DNA from: Myxococcales bacterium | Lineage (GTDB): Bacteria > Myxococcota_A > Polyangia > Polyangiales > DASUME01 | Reading direction: 5' to 3' | DNA length: 64,000 nt | NCBI GenBank assembly: GCA_047601445.1 | Contig: JASGJH010000001.1 | Span: forward strand, 5,632,001 to 5,696,000 | Shown: piece after piece, positions 50,238 to 59,525 of the stretch | Position numbering within the stretch: position 1 is the first letter of the stretch | How the letters are laid out: each line of letters starts with the position of its first letter | Translations under genes and position numbers: made by a program | Notes under the pieces: model-generated | The model's input: only the letters and a program-made list of their open reading frames with translations | Database searches by the model: none | What the model was told of the DNA's origin: nothing

Positions 50238-51367
50238 ATGGCTGCGTGTTTTGAAACCGAATGCGAGGACGTACGACCCGAAGTCGTGCGGACCTTTTCG
50301 CCTGGAACCAGGCTTGGCCCCGATCTCACGATCATCGGAATCCTTGGCGAAGGAGGCACGGCCATCGTCTACAGCGCTCACCATCGAGTGCTCGAACGGG
50401 AAGTGGCCGTCAAGGTCTCCGTGGGGGACGAGTGCGGGCCGCAAAGTCGCCTCGTGCGTGAGGCAAAAATGTGCGCATCCGTTCGCGATGCCCACATTCC
50501 TCGCGTGTACGGGCTCGACTACCTGGAAGACGGCAGCCCCTACATGATCATGGAGAAGGTCGAAGGCGAGATGCTCACCAAGCTCCTCCAGCATCGACGC
50601 CTCGCGGTGCGCGAAGCCTGCGAGTTCGCCTGTGAACTGCTCGAGACCTTGGACGCCATCCACTTTGCGGGGCTGCTCCACCGCGACGTCAAGCCCAGCA
50701 ACCTGATGGTCGATCCCAACCCCGAAGCGCTCGTGCGCCTGCGCCTGCTCGACTTCGGCGTGGGAAGATCCTGCGCACCGAAGAGAGCCAGCTCCCGCAG
50801 CTGACCCGCAAAGGCGAGCTGCTCGGCACGCCCCTCTACATGGCGCCCGAGCAAGTCCTCACCATGCCCGTGGACGAACGCGCCGACATCTACGCAGCCG
50901 GCGTGGTGCTCTACGAGATGCTCGCCGGTCGCACGCCCTTCCACGGTGAAAGCATCGGCGAAGTCTTCGCGGCGGTCCTGCGCGACGAGGTCCCACCCTT
51001 GCGCAGCATTCGCCCCGAACTCCCGGCGTCACTCGAGCACCTGGTGCACCGCGCCATGGCTCGCCAACCCGAGGCGCGCTTCCAGACCGCATACACCATG
51101 CGCGCAGCCCTCTTGAGCGCGATCCAGGAACTCGTCGCGCTGGGGCCCGTGCCCGCCCTCGAAGCCCTCGAGACGCCAAGGGAAGGCGTGTACGAAGCTC
51201 ACCTCGAGACCGTGGAGACCCATTTCGAGGTGCTCACCGCCGAACTCGAGGAGGTCGACCTCGACCTCGAGGCCGAGGAGTGGTTCGCCCTGGAGTACAC
51301 CGAACGCTCGAGCGGTGAGCGCGTCAAGGGCACGCCTGCTCGCGCGCTCGCTGCGCGCTCCAAATGA
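50238..51367 (+). pseudogene. Cytoplasmic Ser/Thr kinase split by a one-base deletion at ~50762-50766 (real or sequencing error)
   Basis: GEGGTAIV, AVK, HRDVKPSN and DFG in one frame; KILRTEESQLPQLTRKGELLGTPLYMAPE and DIYAAGVVLYEML continue in the shifted frame. Confidence 0.8.
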
Positions 51368-51385
51368 GCGCTCTGGCGACGGCAA

Positions 51386-51742
51386 GCCTCCGCGCCCATA
51401 CGAAGCCCGTGCGCACACGGGTTCTCCCTTCTGCGCGCGGTCGCCTCCGCGCCCATACGAAGCCCGTGCGCACACGGGTTCTCCCTTCTGCGCGCGGTCG
51501 CCATCGGCTGCGATCCACGGTTGTACGTCATGGGGTCGCTTAGGGCGGTGGGGCCGCGAACTCGCTCCTTGAGTGCACCCGAGTTTCGCTCAGACAGCGC
51601 GGCTCATGGGGCGGCTGACTTGGTGGTACTTCTGTTCTGCGATTTACCCCGGGGGCGTGCCATGCGCGCAGAAGGGAGAACCCGTGTGCGCACAGGCTTC
51701 CCCTGGGTGCTCGGTGTGCTCTAGCTCGGGTGAACTCGAGTG
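51386..51742 (-). repeat. Hairpin element copy A (core 51459-51700, 37-bp inverted arms) with a 57-bp tandem duplication at its left edge
   Basis: Arms 51459-51495 and 51664-51700 pair 36/37; the whole ~356-bp block is a near-identical direct repeat of 52565-52919. Confidence 0.9.
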
Positions 51743-51841
51743 GGCCCTTTGGGTGCACTCGGGTGCTCGGTGTGCTCTAGCTCGGATGCTCTCGAGTGTG
51801 ACCCATCCGAATCGCTCGAGTGTGCTCTGGGTTTCCCGGAT

Positions 51842-52480
51842 TCACTCGAGGGGGCTCGGGGCGCTCGCGTGGGCTTGTTTGAGGTCTTGCTCGAGTTCAC
51901 TCGACCGGTGGGCATTTTCGGTGGAGTCAGGGTCCGTGCTCCTCGGATCGGCGCTGACCGCCATGAAGACGATCGCGAAGAACAGCGAGAAGACCAGGAG
52001 CAACCGCGTCCACCAGATCGCTTCGTTGATGGAGCGAAACTTCGCGACCGCGATGCTGCTCAGTGTGTGGGTATGCTTCGCGTAGTGACCGACGATCTCG
52101 GACTCGCCCAGGCCCTGCAGGTCGCGCATCAATGCTTCTTCGCTCATCAAGGCCGTGTCAGGGAACGACGCGAGCGATTTGGAGGCGAGCGTGGCGCGCG
52201 CGGTCAGGGCGACCAGCGCGAGATGTGCGATCCACACGAAGCTCAAGATGGCGGGCGTGGCGGCGGCCGTGAGCAAGACCTTGTAGGACGTGCCGATCGA
52301 AGTCGTAAGCGCCGCGTTGGCAGCTGCGACGATGACTCCGACCACCGTCGTTGCGAAGGCGAGCACAGCAGCGGCCTTGGTATCTGCAAACTTGATGTAG
52401 TCGCTCGCATAGTCGCGATTGCTTCGAGCAAACTCAATGCGGAGATCAGACAAGGTGTCCTCGCATGCTGGCTTGGCCAT
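51842..52480 (-). CDS. Pycsar-effector-like transmembrane protein (PycTM/DUF5706-like)
   Basis: YIKFADTKAAAVL signature, two N-terminal TM helices, a soluble loop, then LSSIAVAKFRSINEA and a third TM helix. Confidence 0.75.
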   Translation of the reverse strand: MAKPACEDTLSDLRIEFARSNRDYASDYIKFADTKAAAVLAFATTVVGVIVAAANAALTTSIGTSYKVLLTAAATPAILSFVWIAHLALVALTARATLASKSLASFPDTALMSEEALMRDLQGLGESEIVGHYAKHTHTLSSIAVAKFRSINEAIWWTRLLLVFSLFFAIVFMAVSADPRSTDPDSTENAHRSSELEQDLKQAHASAPSPLE

Positions 52481-52564
52481 GTTCTAGCCCACTTGACGCT
52501 GCGATCCGAGCTTTCGACCGGCGGACCGAGAGTGTTGGCAAAATGCCACTAAAACGCCTCCTCC

Positions 52565-52919
52565 GCCTCCGCGCCCATGCGAAGCCCGTGCGCACACGGG
52601 TTCTCCCCTCTGCGCGCGGTCGCCTCCGCGCCCATGCGAAGCCCGTGCGCACACGGGTTCTCCCCTCTGCGCGCGGTCGCCATCGGCTGCGATCCACGGT
52701 TGTACGTCATGGGGTCGCTTAGGGCGGTGGGGCCGCGAACTCGCTCCTTGAGTGCACCCGAGTTTCGCTCAGACAGCGCGGCTCATGGGGCGGCTGACTT
52801 GGTGGTACTTCTGTTCTGCGATCTACCCGGGGCGTGCCATGCGCGCAGAAGGGAGAACCCGTGTGCGCACGGGCTTCCCCTGGGTGCTCGGGGTGCTCTA
52901 GCTCGGGTGAACTCGAGTG
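52565..52919 (-). repeat. Hairpin element copy B (core 52638-52877, 37-bp inverted arms) with the same 57-bp tandem duplication
   Basis: Arms 52638-52674 and 52841-52877 pair 36/37; direct repeat of copy A. Confidence 0.9.
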
Positions 52920-53039
52920 AGGGGGTGAGCTCTCAAAGCGCAACCCGTGTGCGCCCACGAGTTCACTCGAGCAGGGGCCCGACTCGAGCACACCAGGCTG
53001 AGTACACGCGTTCCCACATGAGCACGAGAACACACGAGC

Positions 53040-53339
53040 ACGAGGGCTCGCGGCGCGCACTCGGGTAGCCCGCTGGTGAGGGCAAGGGGCTTCCCTCTGC
53101 GCGCATGGCACGCCCCCGGCTGAAGCGCAGAGCAGAAGTACAACGTCCGCAGCGGCCTCATGAGCCGCGCTGTCTGAGCGAAACTCGAGTCCACCCGAGG
53201 AGCGAGTTCGCGGCCCCACTGCCACAAGCGATCTCGTGACGTACAACCGTGGATCGCAGCCCATGGCGACCGCGCGCAGAGGGAAGCCCCTTGCCCTCAC
53301 CGGCGGGCTTTCGGTGTGGGGCGCGCCGCGAGCCCTCGT
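53040..53339 (+). repeat. Hairpin element copy C (opposite orientation, different arm sequence)
   Basis: Arms 53067-53104 and 53272-53309 pair 37/38; an extra perfect 19-bp outer stem joins 53040-53058 and 53321-53339; same core as A and B. Confidence 0.9.
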
Positions 53340-53346
53340 ACGAGTG

Positions 53347-54957
53347 TTACTTGGGCGCCTTGCCCAGGCGCGTGAGACGGGCTTCGTCGGCCAGGTACTG
53401 CTCGTAGTTCATGTTGAGGTCGTAGTACTTCTCGCCCGCGAGCTCGATCACGCGGGTAACCAGCGAGTCGACGAACTGCACGTCGTGGGAGCTCACCATC
53501 ATGCTGCCGGTGAACTTGAGCAGGCCGTTGTTGAGCGAGGTGATCGACTCGAGGTCGAGGTGGTTGGTGGGGCCGTCGAGCAAGAGCACGTTGGGGTCTT
53601 GCAACATCATGCGGGAGACCATGCAGCGCACCTTCTCACCGCCCGAGAGTACGTTCGCGCTCTTCTTGCTTTCCTCGCCCGTGAACAACATGCGGCCCAG
53701 GAACCCGCGCACGAAGGTTTCTTCTTGGTTGGGGCTGTACTGCCGCATCCAGTCGATGAGGTTCGAGCTGGTCTTGAAGAATTCGTTGTAGTCCTTGGGG
53801 AAGTAGCCGAGGTTCACGGAACGGCCCCAGCGCAGCTCGCCCTCATCGGGCTTCACCTCGCCCGCCAGCACCTGGAGCAGCGTGGTGGTAGCGAGGTCAC
53901 TGCCGGCCACCGCCACACGCTCTCCCTTGGAGAGGGAGAAGCGCATGTTCTTGAACAGCGTGACGCCGTCGATGGACTTGCTGATGCCGTCGACGAACAG
54001 CACTTCCTTGCCCAGCTCACGCTGCGTATCGAACACGATGTACGGATACTTGCGCGACGAAGGCTTGATGTCGTCGAGCGTGATCTTGTCGAGCAGAGCC
54101 TTGCGCGAGGTGGCCTGCTTGCTCTTGGAGGCGTTGGCGCTGAAGCGCTGGATGAAGGTCTTGAGCTCCTTCATCTTGTCTTCCTTGCGCTTGTTGGATT
54201 CCTGGCGCTGCCGCAATGCAAGCTGACTGGTTTCGTACCAGAAGCCGTAGTTGCCGGTGAACAGCGTGACCTTCTGGAAGTCCACATCGGCGATGTGCGT
54301 GCAGACCTTGTCCAGGAAGTGGCGGTCGTGAGAGACCACGATCACGGTGTTCTTGAACTCGAGCAGGAAGTTCTCGAGCCACAGGATGGAGTCGACGTCC
54401 AAGTGGTTGGTAGGCTCGTCGAGCAGGAGGATGTCGGGCTCTCCGAACAGCGCCTGCGCCAGTAGCACGCGCACCTTCTCGCTGTCCTCGAGGTCCTTCA
54501 TCAGGCGCTTGTGCTTGTCCTCGTGGATGCCAAGGCCGCTCAGCAGGCTCGCCGCGTTGGACTCCGCGTTCCAACCGTCGAGCTCGCCGAACTCCCCCTC
54601 GAGCTCCGCAGCGCGCGCGCCGTCCTCGTCGCTGAAGTCGGCCTTGGCGTAGAGCGCGTCCTTTTCGGCCATCACCTTGTGCAGCTGGGAGTGGCCCATG
54701 ATCACGGTGGTGAGCGCGTCCGCCTCGTCGTACGCGAAGTGGTCCTGCTTGAGCACGCTCAGGCGCATGTTCTTGGGGATGACCACCCTTCCCTGGGAGG
54801 GATCTTGGTCGCCCGACAGGCACTTGAGGAACGTGGACTTGCCCGCTCCGTTGGCCCCGATCAACCCGTAGCAGTTGCCGGGGGTGAACTTGATGTCGAC
54901 GTTCTCGAACAGCGCACGGCTGCCGAACGACAGCGACAAACCTTCTGTGGAAATCAT
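53347..54957 (-). CDS. ABC-F family ATPase (YbiT/YkpA-like)
   Basis: GANGAGKST, LLLDEPTNHLD, VSHDRHFL, SANASKSKQATSR linker and a second NBD with LSGGE; no TM segments. Confidence 0.93.
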   Translation of the reverse strand: MISTEGLSLSFGSRALFENVDIKFTPGNCYGLIGANGAGKSTFLKCLSGDQDPSQGRVVIPKNMRLSVLKQDHFAYDEADALTTVIMGHSQLHKVMAEKDALYAKADFSDEDGARAAELEGEFGELDGWNAESNAASLLSGLGIHEDKHKRLMKDLEDSEKVRVLLAQALFGEPDILLLDEPTNHLDVDSILWLENFLLEFKNTVIVVSHDRHFLDKVCTHIADVDFQKVTLFTGNYGFWYETSQLALRQRQESNKRKEDKMKELKTFIQRFSANASKSKQATSRKALLDKITLDDIKPSSRKYPYIVFDTQRELGKEVLFVDGISKSIDGVTLFKNMRFSLSKGERVAVAGSDLATTTLLQVLAGEVKPDEGELRWGRSVNLGYFPKDYNEFFKTSSNLIDWMRQYSPNQEETFVRGFLGRMLFTGEESKKSANVLSGGEKVRCMVSRMMLQDPNVLLLDGPTNHLDLESITSLNNGLLKFTGSMMVSSHDVQFVDSLVTRVIELAGEKYYDLNMNYEQYLADEARLTRLGKAPK

Positions 54958-55200
54958 GGCTTCGATGGCTCCAGGCGTGCCTCCCGTACTGGCTCTCGTG
55001 CATCAAGGCAAACCGAACTTGAGCCTCCCGTGCTTTCTCGCGCGCTGACGGGCCTTTTTCGGCGCGCTCGCGCGGGCACTTTCGCGCGCTGGGATGCGCT
55101 CCGTGCCCTGAATGGGCTGAGTTTCTAGCGTCCCGAGACTCGTGGCTACCTCGGTGATCCTGGGTGCCCCAAGGGCCCCGCAAAACGCAGGGGGAACGCC

Positions 55201-56085
55201 ATGGCTCGTACGATCGCTGCCTCGCAGCACCCGTCGCATCGCCCAGTGCGTGCGGCCACCACCACACTCTCGCTGCTCACGCTATTCGGCGCCGGCTGCG
55301 CCAAGAATACGCCCCAGCATCAACAGCCCATCACCGAGAACCTGGCGCCCGCCGTGGCCAGCCCCGCTACCGAAGCCATCTCGATGCCGGACCGCGACTC
55401 CACCGGGTACTACTCCAACGTGGCCGACGCCAAGGAGATGGGGGTGACGGCCCCAATGGAAGAGCCGGGGACGCCGGAATACGACGAGAACGAGGCTGCA
55501 CAGCCCAAGCCCCGCGTGATCGTCCACGAGTTCGTGCCGAAGGTCACCCGCGTGATGGTGCCCACCATCACCACCATGCCTGCAACGGTCACGGAGACGC
55601 CCGTGGCGGCGACGGGGCTCACCGATGGCCAAATCGTGCGCGTCGCACAGACCATGCAAGACGCGGAACTCGCCCAGGCCAGCATCGTGGCCGAACGCGC
55701 GCAGAGCGACCGCGTGAAGAAGTTCGCGGCCCAGCTGCAGTCCGAGAACAAGAACTTGAAGGATCGGACCCAGGCGCTGGCCAAGAGCGACAAGCTGACG
55801 CCCGTCGAGAGCACGCTCTCGGCCGACATGCGTGTCAAGGCCAGCCAGGAGCTCACCAGCGTGGAGCTGGCCAAGCCCGAAGAATTCGACAGGGCCTTCA
55901 TCGACGCGCAGGTGGAGCAGAACCAGCAGCTGTTGGAACTCCTGGACAACCGCCTGATCCCGGACGCCAGTGAACCGAAGCTGAAGGCCACACTGAGCAA
56001 GTCGCGCTCGGTGCTCGAGCGTCAGGGGGAAGAGGCCAAGGAGATCCAGCGCGTGATGCAGAACGCGCCCGAGAGTACCCCCTGA
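55201..56085 (+). CDS. Lipoprotein with a C-terminal DUF4142-like domain
   Basis: Lipobox GAGC; LTDGQIVRVA...ELAQA...VKKFAAQL...FDRAFIDAQV. Confidence 0.75.
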   Translation: MARTIAASQHPSHRPVRAATTTLSLLTLFGAGCAKNTPQHQQPITENLAPAVASPATEAISMPDRDSTGYYSNVADAKEMGVTAPMEEPGTPEYDENEAAQPKPRVIVHEFVPKVTRVMVPTITTMPATVTETPVAATGLTDGQIVRVAQTMQDAELAQASIVAERAQSDRVKKFAAQLQSENKNLKDRTQALAKSDKLTPVESTLSADMRVKASQELTSVELAKPEEFDRAFIDAQVEQNQQLLELLDNRLIPDASEPKLKATLSKSRSVLERQGEEAKEIQRVMQNAPESTP

Positions 56086-56144
56086 GGCGGCGCACCTGAC
56101 CACGCCCCGATCACGGTAGATCGCAACAAGGAGCGACCGAACGC

Positions 56145-57425
56145 ATGGACTTCTCCGGCGCTGCCCACAGTTCGCTGACGCCGCTCGCGATCATTCTCGC
56201 CCTGATGCTACTGCTGCCGAGGTTGTTCGAGTACCTGAAGTTGCCGGGCATGCTCGGACTGATCGCGGGAGGCGTGCTGCTCGGCCCCCATGGCTCCGGT
56301 TTGCTCGGCGCGGAACATCCCTCGATCGACGTCTTGTCCGAGATCGGCAAGCTCATGATCATGTTCTTCGCCGGTCTCGAGATCGATCTGGCGAAGTTCC
56401 GAGAGGTCAAGTACCGCTCGCTTGCGTTTGGCCTTACGACATTTGCGGTTCCACTGGTGCTCGGCGTGATCATCGGGCGCTACTTCCACTACGGCTGGCC
56501 GGCTAGCTTCTTGATCGGCTCGCTGATGAGCTCGCACACGTTGCTGGCCCTGCCGCTGCTCCAACAGATGGGCCTGATGCGCAACAGCGCCGTGACCATC
56601 ACGGTGGGCGCCACCGTGTTCACGGACGTGCTCTCGCTGGTGGTGCTGGCGATGTGCCTGTCCATCCACACCCAGGGCTTTTCCCCCAGCGTTCTCACGC
56701 GCGACTTGGTCGAGCTCGCCATCTACATTCCGTTGCTGGTGGCGGGCGTGGGGCGTGCGATGCGCTGGGTCCTGCACCGGCTCGGTGACTCCGAACTGAC
56801 CCGCTCCTACGTGTTGCTGCTGACGTTGATCCTGGCCGCGCTGGGAGCGGAGTTGATCGACCTCGAAGGGCTGGTCGGCGCGTTCTTGGCGGGCTTGTCC
56901 GTGAACGCGGCCATGCAGGGGCGCTCGGTGCACACGCACCTGGAGTCGGTGGGGCACCTGCTGTTCATCCCGGCCTTCTTTCTCACCACGGGCCTGTTGA
57001 TCGACTTCGGAGCCTTCGGTCGCGTGCTGAGCGAGAGTCCGTTGCTGGTGGTCGGCATCGTGGCGGGCTTGGTGTTCTCCAAGTGGCTCGCCGCCGAGAT
57101 CGCGGGCCGCGCGATGCGCTTCGACGGCTCGACGGTTCGACTGATGTGGTCCCTCACTTTGCCCCAGGTCGCAGCCACGCTTGCTGCCACCATCGCCGGC
57201 TATCAGGCGCTCGATGCCAGGGGTGAGCGCTTGTTGGACGCGTCGGTCCTCAACAGCGTGCTGGTCCTGATGGCCGTGACCGCGGGGCTTGGCCCCGTCC
57301 TGACGGCTCGCTTCGGCCGGGAGGTCCTCGCCAACGGAGGGGGCGTCGCACCGAGCCCGGTGGGCGCGCCGGCGCTGCCGGAGCCGTCGAGCGCGCCGGG
57401 AGGCTTGCGCCCGCTGCCACGGTGA
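56145..57425 (+). CDS. Cation:proton antiporter (CPA2 family)
   Basis: LPGMLGLIAGGVLLGP, FFAGLEID, TDVLSL and GAFLAGL motifs; about 12 TM helices. Confidence 0.9.
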   Translation: MDFSGAAHSSLTPLAIILALMLLLPRLFEYLKLPGMLGLIAGGVLLGPHGSGLLGAEHPSIDVLSEIGKLMIMFFAGLEIDLAKFREVKYRSLAFGLTTFAVPLVLGVIIGRYFHYGWPASFLIGSLMSSHTLLALPLLQQMGLMRNSAVTITVGATVFTDVLSLVVLAMCLSIHTQGFSPSVLTRDLVELAIYIPLLVAGVGRAMRWVLHRLGDSELTRSYVLLLTLILAALGAELIDLEGLVGAFLAGLSVNAAMQGRSVHTHLESVGHLLFIPAFFLTTGLLIDFGAFGRVLSESPLLVVGIVAGLVFSKWLAAEIAGRAMRFDGSTVRLMWSLTLPQVAATLAATIAGYQALDARGERLLDASVLNSVLVLMAVTAGLGPVLTARFGREVLANGGGVAPSPVGAPALPEPSSAPGGLRPLPR

Positions 57426-57531
57426 CGCTTGTAACGGGCCGTTAACAGGTTCCGACAGGGGCTGGGTTAGCTGCGCGCAGGCGCACACCTGGCTCCTGCT
57501 TACCCAAGGCCTTCGGCACCGCGAGGAATCC

Positions 57532-58041
57532 ATGTCTCTCCATCTCGTTACCGCGCCCCAGTTCTCGAACATGCTCGGCAACCTCGACCGCTGGCTCGAC
57601 AAAGCCGTCGAGTACGCGGCCTCGCGCTCCTTCGACGCAAACGTGCTCCTCCAGGCACGCCTGGCTCCGGACCAGTTTCCGCTGCTGAGGCAAATTCAGG
57701 TCGCCTGCGACACCGCCAAGATCTCCGCTTCCCTGGCCACGGGAAAGACGCCGCCCAAGCACCCTGACACCGAGCAGACCGTCGCCGAGCTCAAGGCCCG
57801 CATCGCGTCGGTGCGCGCTTACCTCGACGAGTTCACGGCCGCCGACTTCGAGGGCGCCGAAGGACGCGTGCTGAGCCCGCCTGCGCTCCAAGGCCGCTCC
57901 GCCAAGGCCGTAGACTACGTGGCTGCCTTCTCGCTGCCCAACTTCTACTTCCACGTATCCATGGCCTACGCGATCCTGCGCCACAACGGCGTGCCGCTCG
58001 GCAAGAAGGACTACATCGGCCGCGTGAAGTTGATCGACTAA
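57532..58041 (+). CDS. DUF1993-family (DinB-like) protein
   Basis: LLQARLAPDQFPLLRQIQVACDTAK and LPNFYFHVSMAYAILRHNGVPLGKKDY motifs; GAGGA RBS. Confidence 0.9.
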   Translation: MSLHLVTAPQFSNMLGNLDRWLDKAVEYAASRSFDANVLLQARLAPDQFPLLRQIQVACDTAKISASLATGKTPPKHPDTEQTVAELKARIASVRAYLDEFTAADFEGAEGRVLSPPALQGRSAKAVDYVAAFSLPNFYFHVSMAYAILRHNGVPLGKKDYIGRVKLID

Positions 58042-58123
58042 CTCTCTCCCTGGCTCGCGTGCGCCCGAAGGAGCCCTAGCGGGAGCAATCTCGACTAAAG
58101 TTTCTTTCGCGGGTGCAGGCTCC

Positions 58124-58648
58124 CTAGGAGCCATCCGAAGCGCTTCCCATTTGCTCTGCGAGCCACCTCAGCTCTTCCACCATCTCAGGGTGGTCAGCGA
58201 TGACGCGTTCATTTTCGTGGCGATGGTTCAAGCCATAGCGCTCGTGAAGCTCGGTATCCTTGATGCCAATGAGCGCCTCGGCGACTCGGGGAACTGCGTC
58301 CCGCCGGAGCTCTCTTAGCGCCGAAACCAAGGCCGCAGCGGCCGTACTGGTCTCGGAAACGACCATTTCTTCGAATGCCTCTAGAGAACCGTCGGCGGCG
58401 GGTGCGATGAGGACATCGTAGACATCATCAGCGCTGCACGCGATGACCTGCGGATCGCCTTCAAGTGCAACCTTCGCCTTGGCCAGTAGCTCGTGAAGAA
58501 ATGCTGCAGGTTCTCCGCCAACCGCTCGTGTGTAGATCGAGCAAACGCGTTCTGCACAACGAAGTGCAAACCCAAGCACGGCGGGCAGGGGTGCGCGCTT
58601 CGCCCACGCATCAATTACCCTAAGTTGCTCTAGCGGTTGCACGAACAA
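58124..58648 (-). CDS. Hypothetical helical protein, DUF416/immunity-protein-like
   Basis: FALRCAERV near the N-terminus and HPEMVEELRWL near the C-terminus; visibly more A/T-rich than its neighbours. Confidence 0.55.
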   Translation of the reverse strand: MFVQPLEQLRVIDAWAKRAPLPAVLGFALRCAERVCSIYTRAVGGEPAAFLHELLAKAKVALEGDPQVIACSADDVYDVLIAPAADGSLEAFEEMVVSETSTAAAALVSALRELRRDAVPRVAEALIGIKDTELHERYGLNHRHENERVIADHPEMVEELRWLAEQMGSASDGS

Positions 58649-58704
58649 TCTCCGATCTACGGCGTTCTCGCGCGGCGCCGGGGCGCTCGAATGGGCTCGG
58701 GCAG

Positions 58705-59286
58705 TCAGGGGCTCTGGAGGGTTAGTGTGTCTGCGTCGAGTGCGTCATCCGTGAACGAGGCGCTCGCGTACTCGGTCGTGAGGCTCGAGAGGTAGGCCTG
58801 ATTCTTTTCGTTTTCTCCGTAGGCGAGGCGGATCTCGTCGTACGAGGAGACGCGACCTTTCACCTTCACATCGACGAGCACGACACGGTCTGCGTCCACG
58901 TCGCGCAACGAGAGCGTGCCCAGGACGGCCATTTCGTATTCGGTGGCGCACGCTGAGGCGCCCTTGAAGAAGGTACGGGTGCCACAGGCGGAGGCGCGGT
59001 TGCCCGTCCAGCCGCGCATCCAGCTCGCGCGCGCGTCCTGCTCTTCCGTCGCGGCCTCCAGCATCAGGCTCACCTCGTAATGGTGGCGATCGTTCGTCAC
59101 GAACGACCAGGTACCCCGCTCGTTCACCTCGGCGATCTTCGACAGCAGCTCCATCTCGACCTTGCGCGTGTCCACGTCGTTGTCTTCGCTCGTGGCCTCG
59201 CAGCCAGTGAGGTAGCCGGGATTCACGACGAACATCACGGAGAACACCGTGACGCGAAACAGCCACTTCAAGGATTGCTGGAGCAT
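58705..59286 (-). CDS. Hypothetical lipoprotein
   Basis: Hydrophobic leader with LTGC; host-like codon use. Confidence 0.65.
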   Translation of the reverse strand: MLQQSLKWLFRVTVFSVMFVVNPGYLTGCEATSEDNDVDTRKVEMELLSKIAEVNERGTWSFVTNDRHHYEVSLMLEAATEEQDARASWMRGWTGNRASACGTRTFFKGASACATEYEMAVLGTLSLRDVDADRVVLVDVKVKGRVSSYDEIRLAYGENEKNQAYLSSLTTEYASASFTDDALDADTLTLQSP

Positions 59287-59525
59287 GACTTCTCGCAGGT
59301 AAGGGGAGACCCGGATTGTACACGGAGCGCCCTTTCAACGAGGGAACGAAAAGATCCCCGCCCAGGGTGATCCCCGCAAGCCTCACACCACCCGAGGGCA
59401 CGAGATTCCCGGGCAAAAGCGAAGCGAACACGAGGGCTACTCCGGGTCCGCCAAGAAACCACTCGAGAAACCTCGAGCAAACACCGAGCGAACACATGGC
59501 TCTCGTGAATTCCCACGTGTGAACC

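Noticed and set aside
51386..52919. CRISPR array
   Set aside because: The 57-bp units are directly adjacent with no spacers, there are only two per site, and no cas genes are present.
51029..53300. Short ORFs repeated across the elements (e.g. MDRSRWRPRAEG..., MTYNRGSQPMATARR...)
   Set aside because: Frames and lengths are not kept across all four copies; conservation follows base-pairing rather than codons.
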